A stretch of DNA of 64,000 nucleotides. Source: a virus. The stretch lies in the IMG/VR virus record IMGVR_UViG_3300020048_000058; one strand, written 5' to 3'. Positions 9,743 to 18,306 of this stretch are shown one piece after another (the first letter of the stretch is position 1; each line of letters begins with the position of its first letter). The translations under genes and the position numbers were made by a program. The notes beneath the pieces were generated by a model. It was given only the letters and a program-made list of their open reading frames with translations. It did no database searches and was not told the origin of the DNA.

Positions 9743-10909
9743 TTAACCTCTTCTAACTACCGAATAGATAAAATCAAACATATCGGGATCTTGTTTAGCA
9801 AGTGCGACTGGATTCCTATACATTAATTCTAAACCCATTGAGAGAATTTCCGTTGACTTGTCAGGATAAACTTTTCCCATATAAGGACGCATCCATTTAT
9901 CAACCTTTGTTATTTCAGTATCTCCATACGATTTGATTCCGGTTGCGTCTCGCATTTTGACCGCTTTTTCTCCCTTTGTCCTGCGATTGTAAAACTCTAC
10001 AACTTCTTTCTTTATTTCTGGAACGGAGTATTCTATCCAGTGACTTAATTCGTGAATAACTGTACCAGGGTCATCATTCCCCATTGATACGGTTTTATCG
10101 GCACTATTGTAATAACTTCTCTTATCACCCTCTGGCAAGCCTTTAACCTTAACCTTACTCGTTAAACCAGGAATTGACACCATTAAAGACAGTGATTGAA
10201 TCCCCTCATCCCATCGGGATTTATTCTTTTTATCTTTTACTTCAATGTTAAGATTTGTAGGTAAGTCGACTTGAACTAATTTTCTAGCTTCACTTGAAAA
10301 CCTTTTGAAGTCTTCTGATGCAGCCTCTAATTCCCTTAATTTACCTTCACTTAAAATATCAGCTAATGGCGGGTTTGTTTTTAATAGTTTATCAATTTCT
10401 TTCTTTGTTCTTTTTATTAATTTGTCTAAGTATTTCTCTGGCTTTCCATCGTCAATAGCCTTTATAATAGCACTACCTTTGTGTTTAGAAGGATCAAATT
10501 TAGATATAAAATCCCCTGACATTTTATCTAATCGTCCTCTAACTTCTTTCGATTCTTCTAATAGCCTAACTTTTCTTTGTTCTGGGGTTTCTGGTTTATT
10601 TATTGGTTTCTCTTTAGCAAGCGAGGGAGTGTCGGGGGTGAAATCATTGATTGACTTCAAGTTATCGACACCAGGAGGAATAATAGGATTGGATTTAATA
10701 GCCTTTTCTTTTGCAGACCTTCTACTAATGGCAGTAGCATAATCAATTCCCATCGCTTTTAGCTTCTCAAGCCTATCCTTTGACCTAGAATCATTTGGAA
10801 CTATCCTGCAATTTTTCTTAACATTAATGCAAGATAGACCACAATTATAGGAAGTAGTCTTTACACATTGAGCTTTCTTTTCCCTCTTGTCTTCTCTATA
10901 TTTAATCAT
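9743..10909 (-). CDS. effector-family paralog lacking the N-terminal module: 4-Cys motif + HExxH metallopeptidase
   Basis: Starts MIKYREDKREKKAQCVKTTSYNCGLSCINVKKNC. It has VIHELSHWIEY and the same C-terminal tail (KVDKWMRPYMGKVY...LSMGLELMYRNP...DPDMFDFIYSVVRRG). Confidence 0.8.
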   Translation of the reverse strand: MIKYREDKREKKAQCVKTTSYNCGLSCINVKKNCRIVPNDSRSKDRLEKLKAMGIDYATAISRRSAKEKAIKSNPIIPPGVDNLKSINDFTPDTPSLAKEKPINKPETPEQRKVRLLEESKEVRGRLDKMSGDFISKFDPSKHKGSAIIKAIDDGKPEKYLDKLIKRTKKEIDKLLKTNPPLADILSEGKLRELEAASEDFKRFSSEARKLVQVDLPTNLNIEVKDKKNKSRWDEGIQSLSLMVSIPGLTSKVKVKGLPEGDKRSYYNSADKTVSMGNDDPGTVIHELSHWIEYSVPEIKKEVVEFYNRRTKGEKAVKMRDATGIKSYGDTEITKVDKWMRPYMGKVYPDKSTEILSMGLELMYRNPVALAKQDPDMFDFIYSVVRRG

Positions 10910-11991
10910 TTTCTCCTCACAACACTATAAATAAAGTCAAACATTTCAGGGTCATTCTTGGCTAGATAAGCAGGGTTTTCATACATCATTTCCATACCCA
11001 TTGAAAGGATTTCAGAGGCATTCTCGTATTCTTTACCCATATAAGGATGTAGCCATTTGTCCGTCCTCGTCTCCTCCTCCTCTCCATAAGCTGTGTTTCC
11101 CGTGACATCTCGAAGACTAACTAAATCCTCCCCTTTTGTTCGTTTTTTGTAAAAGTCCACAACCTCTTGCCTGATCCCCGGAACCTTTTCTTCTAACCAA
11201 TGACTCATCTCATGAACCACTGTACTAGAAGACTCAACCCCCATATATACATTATTGCTCCCCAAGTTGTAGAAACTCCGCCCCTGTGCTTCTGTAGGAG
11301 CGTCAACGATATTAATTGGGTCTTTTAAATCGGGGATGGAAACCATCCGAGAAAATGCTTCAACTCCTTCCTTGTGTGACGGGGAGCTTATTGAAGCGTT
11401 AATTTTGGTTGGGGAGTCTACCTCTATTAACTTTCTGGATTGAGTTAAAAAATCGGTAACTTCCTCTTTTATGACATCAAGCTTCTTATTCGCTTTTTGA
11501 GCTATCTCTTTTGCACCAGATGGGTTGATTTTGACGGCTTTGCTGATCTGTTTTTTGTAACCATTATGTATCTCCCAAAGTTTGACGTTAGGAGATGCCC
11601 ATCCTAGTACATTCGCAGTGGCTCCTTTTGTTTTCGACTTACCTTCAGATTCTCTAGATAATTTTAACAGTTGTTCTCGCTTACCTTTGGCTTCGGCTTG
11701 CAACCTTGCTTTACGCCTTGCGATGTTGATTTCATTACGGGATTCCCTTAATTCTTTGGCTTCGACTGCTCTCTTGCTTTCGATCACACTAATAAGTTTA
11801 TCGGCATTTCCCCCAAGTCTTTGAGCTTTTTTTGTACTGCTTTGAGCATAAAAAACAGCAAGTTTCTTTAACCTCTGAAGACGCGATCGCCCAAAAGATT
11901 CAGAAGGGACTTGCCGGCAATTTTTAGAGACGTTAATACAGGCGTTGCCACAGTTATAGGATGTTGGCTTTTCGCATTTGGGCTTCTTCAT
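10906..11991 (-). CDS. effector-family paralog lacking the N-terminal module: 4-Cys motif + HExxH metallopeptidase
   Basis: Starts MKKPKCEKPTSYNCGNACINVSKNC. It has VVHEMSHWLEE and the tail DKWLHPYMGKEY...LSMGMEMMYENP...DPEMFDFIYSVVRRK. Its stop overlaps the next start as ATGA. Confidence 0.8.
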   Translation of the reverse strand: MKKPKCEKPTSYNCGNACINVSKNCRQVPSESFGRSRLQRLKKLAVFYAQSSTKKAQRLGGNADKLISVIESKRAVEAKELRESRNEINIARRKARLQAEAKGKREQLLKLSRESEGKSKTKGATANVLGWASPNVKLWEIHNGYKKQISKAVKINPSGAKEIAQKANKKLDVIKEEVTDFLTQSRKLIEVDSPTKINASISSPSHKEGVEAFSRMVSIPDLKDPINIVDAPTEAQGRSFYNLGSNNVYMGVESSSTVVHEMSHWLEEKVPGIRQEVVDFYKKRTKGEDLVSLRDVTGNTAYGEEEETRTDKWLHPYMGKEYENASEILSMGMEMMYENPAYLAKNDPEMFDFIYSVVRRK

Positions 11992-12020
11992 TTCAGAACA
12001 TCACCACCGATCTAATTGGT

Positions 12021-12212
12021 TTATTTTATATTGATCTTTCTTTGAGACACCCCAGAGGTTTTATCTTTAGACTTGCCTTCTGCATTTAACTTGCTTTTCA
12101 ATGCCTTGACCTTGCGGGACGGGGCAGCAGATATCCCGTATTCAAGTTCAAGGTTATCAATTTCATCCATATCTACTAGGATTTCATCGTCTGTCTGAGG
12201 TTTGTTATTCAT
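12021..12212 (-). CDS. small hypothetical protein (63 aa) with a duplicated MNNKP start region
   Basis: The start codon and about 50 bp of upstream sequence are near-identical to the start region of ORF 12256..13656 (compare 12198-12247 with 13642-13692). The rest is acidic, then Lys-rich. Confidence 0.4.
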   Translation of the reverse strand: MNNKPQTDDEILVDMDEIDNLELEYGISAAPSRKVKALKSKLNAEGKSKDKTSGVSQRKINIK

Positions 12213-12255
12213 GTTTTTATTTTTAAATAGTGCCTATATTTTATCTTATTATATT

Positions 12256-13656
12256 TTATCCTAGTTTGGTTTTTTTCTCGTATTCCTTGACAAATGCCTT
12301 GGCTGATTTTTCTGACAGATGAAAATATTCAAGTTCATATCCATATTTAGCACCTTTTTCAATTCGTTTTTTAAACCCAACTGACTTATAAAACGGCACA
12401 GCACTTTCTAATGCCTCTAGTTTTATTTTCCCTTTAAATCCTCTTTTTACACTCTCTTGAATAGCATGATATATGATTTGTTTCCCCACTCCTTTTGTAT
12501 TGGTTATTATATTTGATGGATTAGTACCTAAATATTCTATATACATAGATTCTTTAGATCTATCGTTTCCTGTAAGGAAAAACCCCTGAGATTTCCCAGA
12601 TTCATCCTTTAAAAAAAACGCATCTTGTAATCCTGGCTTGGATTCTGTTGCCCAAGCTAGACCCTCCGCCACAGCATTTGAGTCATCAACTAAGTCTTTT
12701 TTTGCCTCCAGAACATCTCGCTCAATCACCTTGTTGCCATACTTTATAAGTTTATCATACGGGGACTGCTTTAATGCTTCCTCCGCAGTAGCAACGTACT
12801 TACTAGATTTATCAATCCATTCTTTTGCCGTTTTCTTTATCTCTTTCACGGATGCAATAGAAGGCGTTAATTTACCAACTTGTTGCCCTGGGGATTGCTG
12901 CTGTTTTTGTTTTTCTAGCTGTTTTTCTAGCTGTTTTTGTTTTTCTAGCTGTTTTTTTAGCTCCTCTTGTTTTTCTAACTCCTTTTGTTTTTCTAGCTCC
13001 CTTTGTTTTTCTAGCTCCCTTTGTTTTTCTCTTACCCTCTTGTCTCTTTGCCTTTCTCTTACACTCGAGAGTGCAAGAGAAATCTCCTTTTCTTCTTCAA
13101 GAAGATAGGACTTTCTTTCCTTTTGCTCCCCTGGCTTTATTCTGTCCAGTTTTTCGAGATACAGTTTTTTTAAATCGAGTAACTTATCAATCCGTTCCTT
13201 TGAAAAGTCATCATCAGCATCAGCACTGCAACTTTTCTTGATATTGATACAAATACTTCCACAATTGTAGGATGTAGGCTTTACACACTGGGCTTTCTTC
13301 CTTTTTACTCCCCCTGTATCAAAACGATAGGAATAACCCGACGAGAAATCTTCCCATACCTCAACATTCAAACCCGTGCTGTCAATTCGTGCCACGAAGG
13401 GTCGAGCCACGAAAGGTTTATAAACAACCGACTTCCTGTTTATCTCAAAACTAAACACACGGGCTCTAATAGCGTCCTTAAACCGCCCTGTTATCTTATC
13501 GCCGTTACTATCCCCTAAATCAAAATCAAGTACCATCACGGGCGAATTATAGGCAAATGGGAGCGATAACGTTTGAGCGATCGCCAGCCTCATTTGAGCC
13601 TCGGAAACCATAGCGTTTGGATTAATTTTCACTTCCATAGGAGGTTTGTTGTTCAT
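12256..13656 (-). CDS. effector-family paralog: N-terminal module + 4-Cys motif + (QRELEKQ)n coiled coil + C-terminal GNAT acetyltransferase
   Basis: N-terminal module: SEAQMRLAIAQTLSLPFAYNSPVMVLDFD...GRFKDAIRARVFSFEI. Cys motif: QCVKPTSYNCGSICINIKKSC. The C-terminus has the GNAT motif-A-like TKGVGKQIIYHAIQESVKRGFKGKIKLEALESAVPFYKSVGF. Confidence 0.8.
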   Translation of the reverse strand: MNNKPPMEVKINPNAMVSEAQMRLAIAQTLSLPFAYNSPVMVLDFDLGDSNGDKITGRFKDAIRARVFSFEINRKSVVYKPFVARPFVARIDSTGLNVEVWEDFSSGYSYRFDTGGVKRKKAQCVKPTSYNCGSICINIKKSCSADADDDFSKERIDKLLDLKKLYLEKLDRIKPGEQKERKSYLLEEEKEISLALSSVRERQRDKRVREKQRELEKQRELEKQKELEKQEELKKQLEKQKQLEKQLEKQKQQQSPGQQVGKLTPSIASVKEIKKTAKEWIDKSSKYVATAEEALKQSPYDKLIKYGNKVIERDVLEAKKDLVDDSNAVAEGLAWATESKPGLQDAFFLKDESGKSQGFFLTGNDRSKESMYIEYLGTNPSNIITNTKGVGKQIIYHAIQESVKRGFKGKIKLEALESAVPFYKSVGFKKRIEKGAKYGYELEYFHLSEKSAKAFVKEYEKKTKLG

Positions 13657-13677
13657 GTTCTTATCCTTAAATAGTGC

Positions 13678-14886
13678 CTATATTTTATCTTGTTTTAGTT
13701 TTTTCTCGTATTCCTTGACAAAGGCTTTAGCTGATTCTTCTGACAAATCGAAGTCCTCGGTGTATCCATCAACGCCTATTTTTGTTGTAAACCCAACTGA
13801 CTCATAAAAAGGTTCTGCGGAGGATAACGCATCTAGCTTTATTTTCCCTTTAAATCCTCGCTTCACACTCTCTTGAATAGCGTGGTATATGATTTGTTTT
13901 CCCACTCCTTTTGTATCGGTTATTATATTCGATGGATTAGTACCTAAAAATTCTATATACATAGATTCTTTAGATTTGTCATTTCCCGTAAGGAAAAAGC
14001 CTTGAGTTTTTCCAGATTCATCCTTCAAGAAAAACGTATCTTGTACTCCAGGCTCAGTTTCGCCAAACTCAATTGATTCTGCGGTCATACCTAGCCCAAA
14101 AGTTACTATCCTTGAGTCACCAACTAAACCTATTTTTTTCTCAAGAACCTTCCTTTCTATCCCTTGATTATTGCCATATTTTATGATTTCTCCAGGTGGA
14201 GACGCTTTTAACACTTTCTTTGCAATAGTGAGGTACTCCTCTGATTTGTCAAGCCATTCTTCTGTCGTTTTTAGCATTTCCTCTATAGATGCAACAGAAG
14301 GAGTTAACTTACCAACTTTTCGCACTGGAGGTTGTTGCTGTGCTTTAACTTCTTCCTGTTTAGCAGGTTTTTCCATTGGGGTCTCTGCTTTAGGCTTGGT
14401 TTGGGGCTTTTCTACAGTCGTTTTAGTCGTTTTTGCATAATCTTTCCCAACTACTTCTAACTTTTTAAGCCTATCTTTTATTGTGGGATCATCGGTTTTG
14501 ATTTTGCAACTTTTCATGATGTTGATACAGGCTTTCCCGCAGTTATAAGCCGTTGGTTTAACACACTGTGGCTTCTTATTGCCTCCTATCCCCGCATCTA
14601 CCCGATAGGAGTAGCCACTAGAGAACTCCTCCCAGTCATCTACGCTATCCATCCGTCCTGGGGTGTAAGGTTTAAAGGTTACTGACTGCCCTTTGATATT
14701 AAATGAAAAAATACGGGGACGGGTTGCATCCTTGAATTTGCCTTCAAACTCCCCTTGATCATTTACCGAAAAATCCAACATCACCACCGGAGCATTGTAG
14801 GCAAATGGTTGAGACAGAGTTTGGGCGATCGCCAACTTCATCTGTGGCTCGGTTGGCGTGGCATCTTTTCTAGTCGTTGAACTCAT
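13678..14886 (-). CDS. effector-family paralog: N-terminal module + 4-Cys motif + C-terminal GNAT acetyltransferase
   Basis: N-terminal module: TEPQMKLAIAQTLSQPFAYNAPVVMLDF...GKFKDATRPRIFSFNI. Cys motif: QCVKPTAYNCGKACINIMKSC. The C-terminal GNAT region is about 90 percent identical in the core to that of 12256..13656. Confidence 0.8.
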   Translation of the reverse strand: MSSTTRKDATPTEPQMKLAIAQTLSQPFAYNAPVVMLDFSVNDQGEFEGKFKDATRPRIFSFNIKGQSVTFKPYTPGRMDSVDDWEEFSSGYSYRVDAGIGGNKKPQCVKPTAYNCGKACINIMKSCKIKTDDPTIKDRLKKLEVVGKDYAKTTKTTVEKPQTKPKAETPMEKPAKQEEVKAQQQPPVRKVGKLTPSVASIEEMLKTTEEWLDKSEEYLTIAKKVLKASPPGEIIKYGNNQGIERKVLEKKIGLVGDSRIVTFGLGMTAESIEFGETEPGVQDTFFLKDESGKTQGFFLTGNDKSKESMYIEFLGTNPSNIITDTKGVGKQIIYHAIQESVKRGFKGKIKLDALSSAEPFYESVGFTTKIGVDGYTEDFDLSEESAKAFVKEYEKKLKQDKI

Positions 14887-14897
14887 GGTTAAATCTC

Positions 14898-17615
14898 CTA
14901 TACTTCCTCAGCTTCAACAATAATCCGTCCGTTTTCTTTTTTGACACTTTTAACTCGATGGCGAGTGTCTTTCAGCACCATAACTTCGTCTTCTTCTTTG
15001 ATATTGCTCAAATTCCTAATAGACGCACCTGACTTATTAATGGCTTTAATGACGACGGGATACCTTGGTTCATAAATATCGAAATCGTCGAAATCGTCCG
15101 AAAAATACTCTGCTGTTTCAAGGCTAGATGACCAAGAGGCGTGAGCACCTTGATTATCTAGCACTCCATCCTTGTCGCCGTTAGCCCAGTTTAAAGCCTC
15201 CTCTTTGGTTGCAAAATGAATCCCTCGGTAAACTTCGCCTTTGTATGGGGTTGAGTTCCTGACATAATTAGAGATCCGATTTGCATCTTCGTTTTCTTCC
15301 CCTGCTTTTTGATCGACTCGGATGTCACTGGAATCCCTTGTCCATTTATAGATGGCTGTAGTGGTGGCTGCTGCCTCCTTCTTAGAAATATTTACCCCTG
15401 CTTTTTCCAGTGCTTCACGATACTCATCGGGGGTTGAGGGCATGGATTCATGGTCGCCCTTCCCTACTAAATTAAGGTTTTTAGGTTTTTCTTCGGGTTG
15501 TTTAGGTGTTTTTTCTTGCTCAATACCATCAGAAGATTCAACCTCTTCTACCTGTGCATATATAACGCCACCTCTTTCCGTAAAACTTTTAATCTTGTGT
15601 CTAGTGTCTTTTAGGACAACAACCTCGTCTTGATCTTTAAAACGGGGATTGGCTAAATTACGAATAGACGCTCCCGACTTGTTCACAGCTTCAATAATAA
15701 CAGGTTGTGACCCCTTCCCGTACTGTCCATGACTGTGTGCGGAGAACCTTTCTGCGATTTCCTTTTTGGAACTCCATGATGCGTGGGCGTTTTGATTATC
15801 TAAAATCCCATCTTTATCACCTTTCAACCACTTCAGTGCTTCTTCTCTGGAGGATAAGTTTATCCCTCTATATATTTCGCCTTTGTATGGGGTTGAGTTT
15901 TTAACAAAACTTGCAATATCTTCTCCTTGCTGATTAAATTTTCCCGCTTTTTGATCGTTTCTAACTAGGTGGCTTGTATCAGTCCAGCCTGAAATAGACT
16001 GGACAACCCTTTGAGCTTCTTCTGGTGTTATTTCTCCCCCGGCTTTTGCTATTGCCTTCTGATATTCTTGGGCATTTTTTGGAACTCCCTTATGAGTCCC
16101 GTTACCCACTAATTTTGTGGATTGCTGTTTCTTGGCTTTAGGCGCTACTGTTTGCGGTTCTGGTTTTAATTCAGGAGTTGAAACAGGAGGGTTTTCTGTT
16201 TTGGCTTTAGATGTCGCTTCGGTAGCCTTTTTCTCGGATTCTTTTTGGGTTTTAGTTATTTCTGGTGACGGTTCAGGCGTTTTCTTTTCCTTGCCAGGAG
16301 AAACTTCTTCTGTCTCAACGATCAAAACACCATCTTCGTACACAACCTTTTTAACCCGATGGCGAGTGTCTTTGGCAACCACTACCTCATCTTCCGCGCC
16401 AATGTTGCTTAGGTTTTTGATGGAGGCACCCGACTTATTATTTGTTTTGATAATGACAGGTTGCGATGTAAAGTCGTTTACCGAATTGTTACCAGCAAAT
16501 CCTCTCGCTTTATCCCAATTAGAAGTCCAAGAAGCATGGGCATTCTGATTATCTAATATCCCATCCTTATCTCCCTTAGCCCAACTCAAAGCCTCATCTG
16601 TTGATCCAAAGGAGATGCCTCGGTAGATTTCACCCTTGAATGGCGTTGAACTCTTGACGTAATCAGTGATCCGGTCGGCAACGAGGCTGTATTTCCCTGC
16701 TTTTTGAGATTCTCTAATATAAGAGGCATCCTCTGTCCACTCTTTAACGGCTCCGGTAATCTTTATGGCATCGTCATAAGAGATGGGATTACCCGATGCT
16801 TTCATTGCTTCAAAGTACCCGTATGCGTCGCCAGGAACGGACTCATGATCCCCCTTTCCTACTAAATTAAGAGGCTTGGGTTCGTTTTCAGGTTCTTTAA
16901 GGGTTTCTGTTTGATCTTCACTCTTTACAGCTATTTTAGCAGCTTTCTTCCCTTCTTCAAAGTCAGATTCTTTCCCTTTTTTGCTAGGGGGAATTTCCTT
17001 TATTGTTTCTGGGATTTTATCTATTTCTGGTGGTTTTTCTACCTCTTTCTTGGTTTTTGTAGTTGATTTAGGATTGGATTTCTTGGCTTCTTTAGCGTAA
17101 TCAATACCAGCAGCTTTCAATTTCTCTAAACGATCCTTTGACTGAGCGTCATCGGGGTTTGATTTACAATTATTTTTAATATTTATACAGGCTTTCCCAC
17201 AATTATACGCTGTTGGCTTAACGCATTGAGGCTTTTTTTTGCCACCTACTCCTGCGTCAACACGGAAGCCATACCCTGCTGAAAATGCTTCCCATTCTTG
17301 GACATCTTCCTCTGATTCTAAGCTGTCCATTTTGCCAGGTTTATAAGGCTTATAGGCTACGGACTCCCCATCTAAAGTAAAGGAAAACACCCGTGGACGT
17401 GCCGCATCTTTAAATACTCCGGTAATATTCCCATTCTCGGCAACATCAAATTTAAGCACAACAACTGGGGCGTTGTAAACAAAATCCATTGACAAGGTTT
17501 GGGCAATAAGTAACCTCATTTGAGCTTCGGTTGGCGCAGTACCCTTGCCATCATCCCCAACTGATACTTCATCTTCGTCAACCCGATATAAAGAACTTGG
17601 TTTTGTTTTTAACAT
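14898..17615 (-). CDS. effector-family paralog: N-terminal module + 4-Cys motif + three tandem ADP-ribosyltransferase (R-S-E type) domains
   Basis: There are three ~200-aa repeats. Each has YRGI (Arg), AHASW(T/S)S (S-x-S) and (E/Q)DEV(V/M)V (Q/E-x-E), and each ends in VE(T/A)EEV. Before the repeats come the N-terminal module TEAQMRLLIAQTLSMDFVYNAPVVVLKFD and QCVKPTAYNCGKACINIKNNC. Confidence 0.8.
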   Translation of the reverse strand: MLKTKPSSLYRVDEDEVSVGDDGKGTAPTEAQMRLLIAQTLSMDFVYNAPVVVLKFDVAENGNITGVFKDAARPRVFSFTLDGESVAYKPYKPGKMDSLESEEDVQEWEAFSAGYGFRVDAGVGGKKKPQCVKPTAYNCGKACINIKNNCKSNPDDAQSKDRLEKLKAAGIDYAKEAKKSNPKSTTKTKKEVEKPPEIDKIPETIKEIPPSKKGKESDFEEGKKAAKIAVKSEDQTETLKEPENEPKPLNLVGKGDHESVPGDAYGYFEAMKASGNPISYDDAIKITGAVKEWTEDASYIRESQKAGKYSLVADRITDYVKSSTPFKGEIYRGISFGSTDEALSWAKGDKDGILDNQNAHASWTSNWDKARGFAGNNSVNDFTSQPVIIKTNNKSGASIKNLSNIGAEDEVVVAKDTRHRVKKVVYEDGVLIVETEEVSPGKEKKTPEPSPEITKTQKESEKKATEATSKAKTENPPVSTPELKPEPQTVAPKAKKQQSTKLVGNGTHKGVPKNAQEYQKAIAKAGGEITPEEAQRVVQSISGWTDTSHLVRNDQKAGKFNQQGEDIASFVKNSTPYKGEIYRGINLSSREEALKWLKGDKDGILDNQNAHASWSSKKEIAERFSAHSHGQYGKGSQPVIIEAVNKSGASIRNLANPRFKDQDEVVVLKDTRHKIKSFTERGGVIYAQVEEVESSDGIEQEKTPKQPEEKPKNLNLVGKGDHESMPSTPDEYREALEKAGVNISKKEAAATTTAIYKWTRDSSDIRVDQKAGEENEDANRISNYVRNSTPYKGEVYRGIHFATKEEALNWANGDKDGVLDNQGAHASWSSSLETAEYFSDDFDDFDIYEPRYPVVIKAINKSGASIRNLSNIKEEDEVMVLKDTRHRVKSVKKENGRIIVEAEEV

Positions 17616-17636
17616 GATTTTACTTTTTATAAATAG

Positions 17637-17732
17637 AAACCTTGTGAGCTAATCACAAATAAAAACCTTGTGAGTTAATCACAAATAAAAACCTTGTGAG
17701 TTAATCACAAGTAAAAACCTTGTGAGCTAATC
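17637..17732 (-). repeat. 26-bp tandem repeat x about 3.6, each unit carrying a TGTGA-N5-TCACA inverted repeat
   Basis: CCTTGTGAG(C/T)TAATCACAA(A/G)TAAAAA starts at 17640, 17666, 17692 and 17718. The last copy is the 3' end of ORF 17705..18124 (…SSQGFYL stop). The array lies directly upstream of the start of the triple-ART gene at 17615. Confidence 0.9.
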
Positions 17733-18124
17733 TTCTCAACTAACTCCATGTCCCACGTCACGATATTTTTAGTTAGTGAGACTAAGTTACAAACAACTCC
17801 ATCGGGAGGGTAAAATGTGGTGTCTGCTCCGACAATATAGTCAACCCCCTCACCCTTCAATTGTTCTTCTAAATAACGCCGTGAAATCCCTTTGACGGAA
17901 TAGGATTTAGTTATTCCCTCCACTGAGCTTAGATTTTCAATCCCTTCCTTAATCGGGAATTGATCTTGAATAACCGGAGATGGGGTAATCTCCAGATACT
18001 CGTAATCATTGCCCAATCTTGTGCGAACGACAAGGCTTCGAATATTGGGATTGCCAAATCCCCCCGCGAGAGGGGAGATCCGGTCTCTTAGGGCTATCAT
18101 TTGCTCAACAAAGGATTGACTCAT
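17705..18124 (-). CDS. hypothetical virion protein (head-tail connector region)
   Basis: 139-aa ORF, start-stop coupled to the upstream ORF. The call is by position only. Confidence 0.6.
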   Translation of the reverse strand: MSQSFVEQMIALRDRISPLAGGFGNPNIRSLVVRTRLGNDYEYLEITPSPVIQDQFPIKEGIENLSSVEGITKSYSVKGISRRYLEEQLKGEGVDYIVGADTTFYPPDGVVCNLVSLTKNIVTWDMELVEKISSQGFYL

Positions 18125-18306
18125 TTCTTCTCTTTGGGAGTATAAGCAGCCTGTGGGTGGTCTGGCTTGTCTAACTTCTTATTGATTTCCTGTAACTCAA
18201 CATAAATTGCTGCCATTGCTTGCAGTTCTGGCGAGGCAGGAGCCGCTATTCCAGCAGAAGTAACTCGACCATTATCAACGGTGAAATCAGGGAACTGTAC
18301 TTTCAT
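18121..18306 (-). CDS. small hypothetical protein (61 aa from the internal ATG)
   Basis: The tracked ORF 18121..18381 overlaps its neighbour by 79 nt. The internal MKVQFPDF start at 18306 forms an ATGA overlap with the stop of ORF 18303..18638, which makes it the more likely start. Confidence 0.5.
   Translation of the reverse strand: MKVQFPDFTVDNGRVTSAGIAAPASPELQAMAAIYVELQEINKKLDKPDHPQAAYTPKEKK

Noticed and set aside
17637-17732. CRP/SyCRP binding sites in the 26-bp repeats
   Set aside because: The canonical CRP site is TGTGA-N6-TCACA, whereas these palindromes have N5 spacing. I keep them as generic operator-like palindromes without naming the factor.
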